64,000 bases of DNA from Epiperipatus broadwayi (Eukaryota > Animalia > Onychophora): positions 19,344,001 to 19,408,000 of the forward strand of contig JAQFVV010000004.1 of the NCBI GenBank assembly GCA_028023455.1, written 5' to 3'. The stretch's first letter is position 1. Each line of letters opens with the position of its first letter. The notes under the pieces are model-generated. The model saw only the letters and a program-made list of their open reading frames with translations. It ran no database searches and was not told the origin of the DNA. Both the position numbers and the translations under genes were made by a program. Shown in pieces: positions 41,153-55,774 of this stretch.

Positions 41153-42182
41153 GAATAGGCACTAGATAGGAATTTTATGCACATGCCTTCTGGCATCCAT
41201 TGATTACTCTGGTTGGCACAGGGTGGCACTACAGTATGGAGAGTTTTGTCTTGTTTAACATAAAAGTGTCTTTAAATCCAGCTATGATTGCTTTATTGAC
41301 TATTATAATTTTACCTTTACGCCTTTGGTGATGCTAAGGCTATTAATATATGGTAGATCTGAATGTGATTCAGTCCCACATAGCTATTTGAGTTAGATAG
41401 TTGGATTTAAAGATATTTTTATGTTTGAAAATTTCAGATTTTCTTCTCAATAGTTACATATTAAATAAGTGCTGTTTTTGGAGTTGATATTTTAGATCTA
41501 GTGTCTGAATATTCTAGCTCCTCGTGAACCATAAGCTCAAAAACAATTGGTCTGGGGATAAGAATTTCTAGATAGAGATTTAAATATTCTCTCTTACCAC
41601 ACTTTTTTTAAGCTTGTTTGAGCTATTGATATGCTTCTTATATTAACAACATATATATTGTAAAACCCTATGCTCTCAAGGGTTTGACTTAGTTATTGAA
41701 TAGAAATGCTTGGAACAAAAAATAAATATCTTGTAAATTATAATTAAAAAAAAACTTTTTTTTTCTTTTAATATATGTATTTTTACCTTCTATATCTTAA
41801 GAAATAATTAAGTGCATGTTTGTGCTTAATGAACTATCCTATTTAAAATGTGAACAACTTGTTTCAAATATATATAACAAAATTGGATTATCTTAGGCAA
41901 ACAATTAAATTTGCTTGGTTTTGGCCAAACATATTACATAGTTGAATCAAATTAACACATCAGAAAATGATTTCGAGTTCTAAGAATTAATTTGGATACT
42001 GACCATTCTAAACAACTTTGAATAATAGTTTTTTTTTTAATCTTTGATCATTATAAGCTGATTAAGATGAGATCCACTTAGTTCTTCTGTGGCAAATAGC
42101 AATGATCTCCTTGTGGCATAGTATTTCTGTAGTGTTAATGGTCTTACAGATGTTACCTGCTGGTGGAAGAAATGATTTGAGG

Positions 42183-45086
42183 CAGTGCTGGATTTAGACT
42201 TGATTAGGCCTAAGCTATATAAAATTTTGAGGTCCCTATTGTTTTAAATTACTTCAGCTAATAGTTGAAAAACTTTAGCATATATACACCTTTTAAATAT
42301 ATGGTTAAGGGAAATATATTGTTATTGAATTTTCATTAAAAGAAGTAATAAAGGATGTGTTTGCAAAATTATGGAAATTATATTATATAATTCTCTAAAA
42401 GCCTTTATGTTACAATTTAAAACATTTTTTTCTTGATTTCTCAAATGCAAAACCAGTAATTATGCCATTAGACAGAAGAATAGTCACAGTATTGCTTCCA
42501 CATTAGGGAAAACTAATGGAATCTTGTTTTGAAAGATCATTCAATACATCGTTGTGTTGAATTTGTTTTTTTGAATAATTCTTCTTGACATGATCATGGA
42601 AGTGCCTCAATTCACTTGTGAAGTTAATATCCACATCATGTGCATACTCTTTCATTAAGGTATCTACTGCTTTACATAACTGTTCCTCTGAAACTTTTAA
42701 ATCAATTAAAAATGAAAATTTATTTGTAACATAATTATAGACTATTGCTCTTCTTGTTAAATTTGCCTCAAGGCTGTCTATGATATGAATGAAGAATTTC
42801 TCTTGAAATTTGCCTCTTGGAGAAAGCTTCTCATAAGCATCATGTGCAGCTCCATCACTGGCCTGTTTTTTTCTTACCCTTTTTCTCTTTTTTATAGAAT
42901 CATATTCTACATCAGGCAAACTAAATTTAGCTTCTTCAATATCATCAAAATTTTCTTGTTTTAACTTAATGAGAAAGTGATGTGTACAGATTTGCATGTG
43001 GTAAGTATAATCTTTGGATCATGGAGAACCAGACTGGTCTTGTAAAATTCTTCTAGAAAATGATTCCATAAATGTAGCATAAAAACAAAATTCTAATTCT
43101 TCAGTTTTTTCCAGAAGACTATTAATTTGTTGACTTGTGGCTCCTTTTTCATTCTTATCAGCAGAGTATCTATGATTGATTTATAACTCACATATATTGG
43201 CTGACACTGCTTTGACATGTGCTTCCCATCTAGTGTCAGACAGTTTCTTTAGTACTCTGATAGCTAAATCTGTTTTCAAGGAAGATAACATCACAGTCCA
43301 CCTCTAGGTTCAAGATAAAAAGAAAGTGTGTAGCTCTTAAATGATAGCAAAAAAAAATATTGCATCTAAACAGTAATCTACAGCAGCATGGCCAATAAGA
43401 TTTAATGAAGGTCTGGCACAAAGAATATATATATATATCATGCTTGTTTAATTCAAAGATTTTTTGTTGCTTTATATTATATTTACCAGCCATATTTGCT
43501 GCACTATCATATGATGACCTCAGCATTTATAGAAATCAACTTTGCAGTCCTTACTTAGACAATCCACCACCATATCTGTCATGTCTTAATCACAATAATT
43601 TTTCCAACTCTAGTAAAGTTACAAAGTGTTCAAAAAGTAAACCATTACTATGTGATACATACTTTACTATAACAGTTAGTTGATTCACATGGGAAAGATC
43701 TGGTGTAGAATTCACAGACAAATAGAGTAACCTGCTTTTCTCGAACTGCACTAGTTCATCATATACTGTCTTTGATAAATATGAAGGTGACCCAGATTCT
43801 TTGTTTCTATAGTGTTTTATGTGGTTGAAAAGACATGGATCAAACTTAGCAATCAATTCTAACAAAGTGATGTGCATATCACTGCAACAACACGCTCAAG
43901 CACATTCTTCCAATAAAGCTGTTCTTTTTTTATTTATTTTGCTAATCCTGATTCTAAGATTGAACCACACTTTCTTGTCAAAGTATATAAGCAAAACTCT
44001 TCTTTGATCTTCAGAGTTTTCATGACTTTGAATGATTGTGGGATTTCACCAGTCAGAAAATCCATTAGAAGCTAGTGCTACAGTTAATGTTGAAAACAGT
44101 TTACAGGCAAAGCACTAAACATAACCAATTGTTGGAAAGTACACAAGCCATTCCTGATCGTTTGCTTCATCATTAATTTTTCTGTTCTGAAAAAGACCTT
44201 TTGAATATCTAACCTCATGTTTGAATGAACGCGTAGTTTTCAAATGGAACATTTCAGTGCTGAAACAATCCAGTCTAAGAGTTCATACTCTGTGAAGAGA
44301 CCCCATTGACCAATATCACCGAGTTTCATGAATTTTATTGTTGTGCAACAACACCATACTCACACTGGGATCAGTTTCAACATCAACTGAGATTCCAGAC
44401 TCTATGATCTTAGTATCAGTCAATAGGTCATTGTTGTTTTGGACTTTGCTGATCTTCCTGGGTTTATGGATCATCTCCCATTCCTGAGGTGAAATATCTG
44501 ACAAGTTTTGGCAAGGTTTTGAGTTTGTCTTCAAGCTGCTATTTTTCTCTTCTGATATCCATTTTTAAATGTTTGCTTCATCTTATGACTGGGAACATAT
44601 ATCAAAAATAAATGCTAAAAACTAAAAGATTATAAACATTAAATATATATATAATATTTTTTATAATATATAGATATCATAGAATACTATGCTACTGCTC
44701 GTCACCCTTGAATATAAAATATATGAATGAAAAAAAAAATTTAATATTCGTATTTTAAACTTAATAGATAATGGCAAAAGTTACATAATAGATATTTATC
44801 TTTCAGCTTACCCTGGCAGTGACTGAAATGACCCAAAGTTAATAAAAGGTGGATGTTGACGTATATCAAATTGATTATTTTAATCAATTTAAATAGGCTA
44901 CAACAAATTAGAATAAATAAAAGCCTGAGATAATACACCCAAAATAATATTAATAAAATTAGAAAATTTCTGAGGGAAAAAATGCTTAAATATATTAAAA
45001 GAAAAGTGCATTTGTGAAAAAAAAATAGGAATTTTTTGAGGCCTCTGCAAATTGTGAGGCCGTAGCTTATTTAGCTTATAGCATTG
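42183..45086 (-). mobile_element. hAT DNA transposon (DUF4371/ZMYM1-like transposase), full span, decayed
   Basis: Termini CAGTGC / GCATTG; 8-bp TSD ATTTGAGG (42175-42182) / ACTTGAGG (45087-45094); transposase fragments inside. Confidence 0.85.
42503..44534 (-). pseudogene. Fragmented hAT transposase
   Basis: LELIAKFDP...YLSKT, LSVNSTPDLSHVNQLTVIVKYV, SYDSAANMAGKY, LSDTRWEAH, C-terminal ELRHFH; multiple frameshifts. Confidence 0.85.
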
Positions 45087-45560
45087 ACTTGAGGACATGT
45101 GCCCTTCCTTAACCAAACTTTTATTTTAGACAAGCGTTATTTGGTTTACTTATGCCAGTACTTTAAAATGTAGAAAGGCAAAATAATCTTTAAATTGCAT
45201 CAATAATACCCAAGTTACAATTTTATAACAATATAGCTTTATAATTAAGTAAAAAAAAAAAAATTGGCGAACAAACTTCCTGTTCTAAATACATCTGCAT
45301 TGTTTACATTCTTGTTTTCTTTTTTTTAAATACCATTGATTTTTTTTTTTTAAATAAATATTTTTTTATTTTTTTTTATATATATTTTATCACAAATCCA
45401 AAATTATCTCACATATATAAAAAAATTAACCTTCCTTTCAAAGTGCATTCATAATAATAAATTCTTTATCATATCTAAATCTTGTTATAAATATTTGCTT
45501 AGTCAATTAAATGTTTGAACACACATATTTTCAATTACACATGTATACATAAGTATAGAG

Positions 45561-46025
45561 CAGGGGTGTCCAACAAGTCGATTGTGATCCACCGGTCGAA
45601 CGCAAAGCTATTTTTGGTTGTTCGCGAGGCCAATCTGGCAAGAGCTGTCGGGTAACGAGTGAAACAAATTAAATCAAGATTTTGAAGTTTTTTTTGTTAT
45701 GTTTGTTCTAATTTTTTTTCAATTCTAGATAGTTGAAGTCCACTAAGTCGTATTATTATTGAAAATAATATTTTTAATCTTGATTTAATGTAGCTAATTT
45801 GAACTAATAAATACTGTTAATAATTACTCATATTGCTTTAATTCCCCGGTCATGAGTTTTTTTGGTCCATTAAATAATTATTTTTTACTAGATAGATATA
45901 TAAAAATAGTATGTATTTCATAGCTCCCTCCATTTATTTAGATTACGTCTATGACAACAAGTCGATCGCAACACATTTTAAAAATAAAAAGTAGATATTA
46001 TGAACACAAAAGTTGGCCATCCCTA
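45561..46025. mobile_element. hAT-type MITE (465 bp) nested in a family A arm
   Basis: TIR CAGGGGTGTCCAAC / GTTGGCCATCCCTA; 8-bp TSD GTATAGAG at 45553-45560 and 46026-46033. Confidence 0.85.
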
Positions 46026-46123
46026 GTATAGAGGATTTGAACTCAGATTTTCAAGCACCTTTCAACTATCCTCACTATCCCATACAACTGATACACATGA
46101 CCACACACATGTAGAAAAGATTA

Positions 46124-46182
46124 ATAATCACCAATATACGTATTTCATGCTAAACCAGCACTCATCAGTTGGTCCAGATTAT
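46124..46182 (-). ncRNA. Type I hammerhead ribozyme, family A, intact
   Basis: ATAATC-TGG-ACCAA-CTGATGA-GTGCT-GGTTT-AGCAT-GAA-ATACGTAT-A/TTGGT-GATTAT; all stems pair. Confidence 0.9.
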
Positions 46183-46474
46183 CATCTCTCACACATATAT
46201 ATAATCAATGCTCAGTTTATATTAAGATAGCAAATCTTCATACTTTAATGGACTACTGTCCTATACATGAGGGGTCAGAGTGACTTCAGGTCAACATGGA
46301 CATGGCAATAATATTAGCATCATCATGGGATTTGAGTTTTCACCATCAGATTTTCAATGATATGGATGGATGAAAAGTTGGAGGTTGCAGTGGATTGAAG
46401 CCTGTCCATTAAAGTATGAAGATTTGCTATCTTAATATAAACTGAGCATTGATTATATATATGTGTGAGAGATG

Positions 46475-46533
46475 ATAATCTGGACCAACTGATGAGTGTT
46501 GGTTTAGCATGAAATACGTATATTGGTGATTAT
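46475..46533 (+). ncRNA. Type I hammerhead ribozyme, family A, intact
   Basis: Same as 46124-46182 except stem II C to U, which still pairs as U.G. Confidence 0.88.
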
Positions 46534-47460
46534 TAATCTCTTCTACATGTGTGTGGTCATGGGTATCAGTTGTATGGGATGGTATGGATAGTTGAAAGAT
46601 GCTTGAAAATCTGAGTTCAAATCCTCTATACTTACAATTAAGCTCCCATGTTTGTGAAGAGTGCCTTGTTTTCAAATATTTACATGTATACATGTAAAAT
46701 ACACATGTCTGTAACAAGCACAAAAGGAAACATATAATTCCAGCAATCCCCCCCCCCTTTTTTTTTTTGTTTCATGGAAAAACAAATATTGATACATTGT
46801 TAAACTTAAAGTGAAAGTAGAAAATTGCCACAATCAATATCTTGTATTTTAAGATAACCATTTCCCCTCACATATAATCTACTTATTCAGTACAGTATAT
46901 ATAATTTTGTATTTACCTCTTCCAAACAGGATGTTATCAACTTTATTTTTCTAAACTGAATAATATAATTAAAAAAGAAAATATCTACAGTATTCTTAAA
47001 TTGTGCATCACACAGTTAAATTAAATAACAACCTTGAAAATAAACAAGGTCTATTACATATGTATTGCTGAGAATATATAATAACATTTATTATGTATAT
47101 CATAATAATCTTTTACAAATCAAACATTTTAATAAACTTGAAAATAATACCCTCTCTTAATAAATTTATTTTTATCTAGTTTTCACGGACTTATATGTAT
47201 AATAGATCAGTCACTAATATTTTATAGGTGTGAAGGCCAACAACGCAATGAAACTACGCTAATTTTAATAATTTTGTAAATAAACAATGGGTATTAAATA
47301 TACAACTATAAGAATATATAAAAATATTTATGAAGTAAAAACTGTAAATGTTCATAAATAATATCAGAATCCCAAATTCTCTACTTCCTTTATTTTGCTG
47401 TAATATCTTATAATTATAAATATGCGATTTTTTTCTTTGCGTTAGTGAAGCTGTAATTAT

Positions 47461-47753
47461 AATATAATGTTTAAAATTCACTCTACTTTGAACACTTTTT
47501 AGCAAACATCTTTTATTGTACGTACAGTATATGCATATACAATCTTACATTTCAACTGTTCTGCAGTCTTCAAAGTCATATTTATTTTAATTTTTTAAGT
47601 GTTTTTTTTTTTTAACTTTTAAAAAATTAAAGTAAATGTGGCTCTGAAGAAGACTGCAGGACAATCGAAACATAAAATTGTATATGCATAACATACAATA
47701 AAAGGTTTTTCCTAAAAAGTGTTCAACGTAGAGTGGATAAATTGCATTAATAT
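47461..47753. repeat. ~290-bp palindrome with decayed minimal hammerheads (family F)
   Basis: Arms mirror each other; right arm CTGAAGA-A-GACTG-CAGGA-CAATC-GAAACATA at 47644-47674; left arm reads ...GAAGACTGCAGAACAGTTGAAATGTA on minus. Confidence 0.65.
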
Positions 47754-48114
47754 CAGAATCCTTAACAAATCAGTATTTTATTAGACTTCAACAAAATTGA
47801 AAATAACAAACTTTCATGTCAATTCAATCTATTAATGGGATAAAAAAATAAATCCCATTTTTATTACTTAATATCAAGTTCATTTGGGCAATATATCAAT
47901 CAGTGCTATTTCATACGAAAGGAATTCATAAAAGGAAATCCTACATTGGTGGTGATCTTACCTAAGTCTTTATCTAAGTGACTGACATTATATAAGGTTA
48001 AAATTAACATAACCTATGTCTACATTACTATCTTAAAAATATTCACTAAAAAGCTTTGCTAATATCACTCGTATGAAACATCAGTGATTCATTTATTATC
48101 CAAATAATAATGTG

Positions 48115-48307
48115 GAGTTAAAACAGGCAAAACTCTCTCCATATAGTAGTGCCACTCAATGCCAACCAGAGTAATCAATGGATGCCAGAAAGCTTGTGCA
48201 TAAAATCCCTATCTAGTGCCTACTCATCCAATATCCCCAGATTAGTTTCTGGCTTGTGGTCTTTGTCAGTGAGGAGCTTTGCATAAGAAATAGTGATCAT
48301 GTGATGT
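48115..48307 (-). mobile_element. Family B fragment with inactivated HHR (core CUGACAA)
   Basis: Matches 40520-40670; HHR remnant at 48226-48278. Confidence 0.75.
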
Positions 48308-49049
48308 AATAATGTGGAGGTTAGATAAAAGTGAATCACTTTCATTTAGTGAATTGGTGTTGAAACAAGAGATGCATTACTTGCATGGTTCTTAAAATGG
48401 CTATAAAAATCTGATTTATAAAAAAATTCTTATGGTATACACATTTGAAGATTATTACTTCATATTTATTGATTATTTTATGCAGTCAAGCTGTCAAAAT
48501 TTGCCACTAACTTTAGTTATTTCATAAAAGAGATTTTTGTGAGGATATCCTATTGAATATCATTTCTGATTTTAATCCAAATATTAATCAGTCTTGAAAA
48601 TCAAAAATCATCAAGTCGGTTAGAGTATAGGCATTGTTTTCTCATAGTGAAATACTGTTATCATTAATAACAATATTGATTTTTTCTTCATTTGTATATG
48701 TAATTCAAATTTGCATATATGTCTTCGTATGTGTAAGAAAATGATTTCTTTCTTTATAAACTAAAACTGAGTGCACTTTCGGTGAAGTACACCATGAGAA
48801 TTGAATAAATTTATAATTAAATTAATCTTTAAATTAGATTAATTATTAATTCCTAATTAAATTTTATTGTTGCACTTATTGTCTTCAACAATATACCAAA
48901 AGCTAAAAGAAGAGAATAAATATAATAAAAATCAAAATACTAAATAAATAAGTTTTGAGTATTGCTTTTACTTTCTATAATACTATTGCTCTAATAGTCA
49001 AAATAAGAGTCATAGATCACATGATCTTTATAAACAATGAGGATTGCCA

Positions 49050-49347
49050 ATTTCTCAACAAGCTTTGTGATAAATGCTTAGCCAGAGCCAGCACTTAAAA
49101 TATCTCTGTCAGGAACCCCCCCCCCCAAACCCCTGACCATGGTTTATGTTTGGCACTCCTAGAGAGTGAGGGTAGTAGAAATAAAATATCTTTGTAAACC
49201 CCCCCAAACCTCGACCATGGTTTCACACCTCTCTGAGGAGTGCCAAAGCACGAAACCATAGTCAGGGGTTTGGGGGGTTCCTGACAAAGATATTTTAAGT
49301 GCTGGCCTCTGGCTAAGCATTTATCACAAAAGCTTGTTGAGGAATTG
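49050..49347. repeat. Family E palindrome carrying hammerheads
   Basis: 49052-49165 mirrors 49228-49347; partial third copy at ~49183-49224. Confidence 0.85.
49228..49268 (+). ncRNA. Type I hammerhead, family E, core intact
   Basis: CCTCT-CTGAGGA-GTGC-CAAA-GCAC-GAA-ACCATAGT-C/AGGGG; opposite arm keeps the palindrome ACCATGGT. Confidence 0.8.
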
Positions 49348-49829
49348 TTTATTACTCTAATCATCGATAATTTAAAAATTCATTGAGGACCAAATAATCA
49401 AATAATGTCATATCTACTTTCATAAATAATTTTTTCTTCAATTTATTATTCACCTTATAAAAATTTGAGATCTGATTTTCAGAAAAAATCATATTTGATA
49501 GAGAAAAAATACAATCATCTTAATATTTCATATTTAAAACACACACACATTTTTTCTTTTATTTCTAATATGTATTTAAAAAAATCCAATTAGAACTTTA
49601 CCAAAAGTGTAAGAATTGCCTATTAAAAATTACTCACCAAAGCATGACTCTCTAATGACTCTCTCTAATCTTATTATTACTGCAGAATTTCAAATTTTAC
49701 TTTCTTCTTAGAATTAAATTAACACTATTTGAATGAATCCTTTTTCAAAAAAAAAAAATAAGCAACTCAAATTGAATAAAATACTGTTATTGCCATTGCC
49801 AAAAATAATATAATAAATGAAATTAAATT

Positions 49830-50705
49830 TCAATTTTTATATTTCTAAGATTATATCCTTAGAATAAAACCCTGTTAAGACAGGTATTTCACATATTGCT
49901 AAATTAAAACATATTCTTAATTTTGGTAATATATTTGTAACAAATACTAATATATGAATATCTTGAATAAAATTAAAATTATGAATGATTCTTCCTGAAC
50001 AGATAAATAATAAATACTGCATGTGTTGATAAATGAAAAAAGGCCAACCCTAAAAATTTTAATGATACATTAGACCAAGTTAATAAACAATAATCTTTTT
50101 AATATCAAACATAAAATTAGTAGCATTTCTAGCTATTAATATAGTTAATCTTAAAATAAATAATAATCTAATTTAAAATATTATACTTCCCTAAAAAAAT
50201 CTAATATTAAATAAATTCCAGCATTTATTAATATTGATGAATGAACTAAAATTGATACTAAAGCTGAAACAGCTATATCACACACATACAAAAAGATTTT
50301 GGGGACTTTTAATAATTCTAACTAAAATTATTAAAATTATAATCAAATCAATTTATTGGAAAAAAATTTCAATTTCTATGATTCAATATAAATGCAATAC
50401 AAAGTAAAAAAAAAAAACATCCCAACTCACTTTATTCAAAATTGTTGAACATAAAGACACCAATACTAACCCAACTTTTCCTAATAAAAGTGAAATCAAA
50501 TTTGTTGAAAGCAAAAAAAAATGAAATAACAAATAAGATAACAATACAAAACAAAGTTTTTTTTGTATTATATATTCCACACTAAATTTCATGACAGAAC
50601 CAGAAATAAAAAAAAATTATAGTTATAAATAAAATAGATATTCAATCAAAAATTATGGTCATAATAATACTATTAGAATTAATTTCTAATAATTCAACCT
50701 CAAAA
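49830..50705 (-). pseudogene. ND5: NUMT ND5 fragment
   Basis: IFDWMSILF, AVSALVSILVHSS...AGIYL, QDI...GFYSKDIILE. Confidence 0.85.
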
Positions 50706-51380
50706 ATATTACATCGATAAAATATCAATGTCAAACTGATGCCTCAAATCCAAATGATGAATTTTAGAATGAAGTCAATAATATTTCCCAATTATACAAA
50801 CTAATAATAAACTTCTTCCAATAAGAATATATAATTCATGAAATCCCATTTCAGCAGAGAAAATACTCCTATAAACTGAATCTAAAATTAAAAATCTTGA
50901 CTCATAATACTCTATTCCTTGAAGAAATGTAAAATATTATCCTAATAAAATACTAAAAACTAACTTTTGAGTTTCCTGATTATAATTCCCTTCATTAACT
51001 TATGATGAGCCCACTCCAGAAATCAACAATACAGCAGTATTTAATAATGATATTTAGAATGGATATAACGCAACAACAACACTTGGGTGTCAAAATGATT
51101 TCAACCTTATTGTTGGAGACAATCTTCTATGAAAAAATACCTCCCAAAAATGTAAAAATAAATAAATAAAACTTCTGATAAAATAAATAAAAGTACCCCC
51201 CCCAATGTAATCCAAATGCAACATTCCTAAAATCCATGGTAGGTTGCCTCACAAATAATATTATGTCATTATTGAATTATTAATAAAAAACAACAATTAT
51301 TCCCAAAACACTTGTTAATATTAATGCACCATATGCGCCAGTAAGTCAACTATATAATATGGATGATAATAACTTACCAT
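50706..51380 (-). pseudogene. COX3: NUMT COX3 (3' end lost at junction with ND5)
   Basis: MVSYYHPY..., SSFGFEASVWHWYFIDV; TAATG overlap with ATP6 at 51378-51382. Confidence 0.85.
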
Positions 51381-52010
51381 TAATATACTTCACTTAAATA
51401 TAGTCTTCTCACAACAACAAATACATATGATTGAATAAAAGAAACTGCAAGTACAAGTATTTTTAAAAATGTTTGACTAAACAATAAAATCCATAATATT
51501 ACTAGTCTAACAATACTTTTTTGACCTCCAACCAAACTTAATAATAAATGACCTGCAAGTATATTTGCAGCTAAAAGAATTGATAATATTAATGGATGAA
51601 TAATATTTCTTAAATCTCAATACATACCATAAATGACATTAAATTGATGGAGTTCCTATTGGGATTAAAGGAGAAAACATTATTATTAATTTATTTATTC
51701 ATCCAAAAATTATAAACCTTATTCATAATAATAAGGTTAATTTTAATGTAATTATTAAATAAGAAGTTCTCATAAATATATAAGGAAATAAACCTAATCT
51801 ATTATTTAAACCAATAAAAATTAACATTATTCTTTTTACATTTCTGCTTCCTAAAAAACACCATATTCAAAAATCCAAATAACAATCTTAATATAATTAT
51901 TCTATGACAAGAAACCCCCCCCCCCCCAGTAAACCCAGTATAATTAATACCCCAAATTATTCTTAATATAAACAATCTTGATATGGTGAAAAAACTCTCT
52001 CTCAAAAAAA
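51380..52010 (-). pseudogene. ATP6: NUMT ATP6 (5' end approximate; ATP8/tRNA remnants may lie just upstream)
   Basis: NNSLGLFPYMF, LAANMLAGHLL, AVSFIQSYVF...LYLSEVY*. Confidence 0.8.
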
Positions 52011-52239
52011 CAAAAAAACAAATTTATTAAAGCTTTTAACTACTTTCATTTTTTTTTTTTAAAAAAAAAAAACTTTCTTTATATAATAAACAACCCCTTT
52101 AATATATTCCCACTATTAAAATTCTTACTGGTATTATTACCGATCAAATTTTAATGGGTAGATTTGAGAAATTCTTTTTAAATTTGTCATATTTATATTT
52201 TTATAAATTACACAATTATTATCACCTAATTAATATTTT

Positions 52240-52845
52240 TTATCAGAATTGACTCAATAAGAATATGTTTAAATCTATGGTTAGCCCCATAAATTTCAGA
52301 ATACTGGCTAAAATATAATCCCACATGATTTAAGTAAAATACATCTGATTTAATCGACCTAAAACAGCATCAACTTTTATTCCTAATGAAGGAGCAGCCC
52401 AAAAACGCAGTACATCAGCAATTCTAATTAAAAACTGATTTTGATCTTGATAAGATAAAATTGATGCGTATAAACACCAAGAAGACAAAATTCTTCCTCT
52501 CTTAAATCTTCCATTTTAATCTTATATAAATCAAGATTTATTTCTTTAAAATCTATATTTCTACTTTCATATCATTGACTACTTACTACTTGAATTACTA
52601 ACAGCAGATCAGCAACCTCATATAACATATAAAATAAATATAATAATGGAAAGCAATAAATACCAAAACAAACACAAGTAAAACAGTCCTTATCATTTCA
52701 ATTTACTGCCCTTCTAACAAAAATCAAATTAAATTTTTATTTACAATTAATTTAATTAGCCTAGACCGAATTAAAATAGTAATAAAAATTAAAACTAATA
52801 ATGAATAATCACTAAAAATAATTAATTAACTTCTTGTCATATTAA
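52240..52845 (-). pseudogene. COX2: NUMT COX2
   Basis: LLEGQ.IEM, ADVL..WAAPSLGMKVDA..GRL, SEI.GANH. Confidence 0.85.
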
Positions 52846-52849
52846 TAAT

Positions 52850-54880
<2,031 letters not shown>

Positions 54881-54989
54881 TTTGTAAACAATATTCATTA
54901 CAATAAAATCAACTTATCCCAATTGGGATAATAAATAACATAATATTAATAAGTTCATTTATTGATTTAAAACTCTATTTTTAAATATA

Positions 54990-55290
54990 TATCCAACTCA
55001 AAGATAATCTATGTTTTTAAAAACTATTCAAACATATATTAACCCAATATAATAATATAATCTAGTTAATATTCATCTTAATATTAACAAATTAACATAA
55101 CCTCAGTTTTTTCAACAAAGCATTTAATACAATCACTTTAGGAAAAAAAAAACTTTAAGGGAAAATCCTCCTAAAGATAATATTCTTAAAATAATTATTC
55201 ATTTTTCAAATCATGAAAAAAAATACTGCTTAATATATCTAATTAACAACTTTTGTTAGTTATTCATAAGACTAGAGATTATCCAATAAT
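54990..55290 (-). pseudogene. ND2: NUMT ND2 3' fragment
   Basis: LSLGGF...FFPK motif upstream of COX1. Confidence 0.55.
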
Positions 55291-55369
55291 GTATAATATT
55301 TCTGTAGTGTAATTTTAACTACACCACTCTAACGCAAGATAGGGACTTGTTTCTATTCACTTTTAACAT

Positions 55370-55490
55370 CTTGTGAAAGGATGCAATCATAAACATATGA
55401 CCAAAGATATGTGAAAAAGATTTATGATCCTCAAGATGCACATTTCATGCTTAATGAGCACTCATCAGTTGGCACAGACCAACTACACTA
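55370..55490 (-). ncRNA. Diverged family A fragment with hammerhead (55424-55482)
   Basis: CCAA-CTGATGA-GTGCT-CATTA-AGCAT-GAA-ATGTGCAT-C/TTGA; flanks align with family A. Confidence 0.65.
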
Positions 55491-55774
55491 CAGAAATATT
55501 ATTCAGTATGTATAATTCTCTTTTTAAAAAATTTAAAAAGTATTTTTATAATGAAATGAAACACAGAATAAATTTCTCAAAGGCTATATCTTATTATAAT
55601 GACAATGATTAGTCATCTTACATTCCCAATTGATGAATATGCTATAATTATGGCATGCTTCACCAAAGGTCCACTCAACATTAGGTTATAAAGAAGAAAA
55701 AACCCACCTCATTACGCATTAATAATAAAGTTATATATAAATTTGACAGACACAGATCTATACAGATAATAAAA

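Larger units (their letters stand above)
40410..41460. mobile_element. Family B HHR repeat, large imperfect palindrome
   Basis: 40520-40735 mirrors 41035-41250; AGTTTTG(C/T)CTTGTTTAA recurs at 40739 and 41242 (period ~457 nt after removing a ~46-bp local duplication). Confidence 0.85.
46026..46712. mobile_element. Family A HHR repeat, inverted pair, best-preserved locus
   Basis: 46026-46253 mirrors ~46405-46632; right arm covers nearly a full monomer. Confidence 0.9.
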
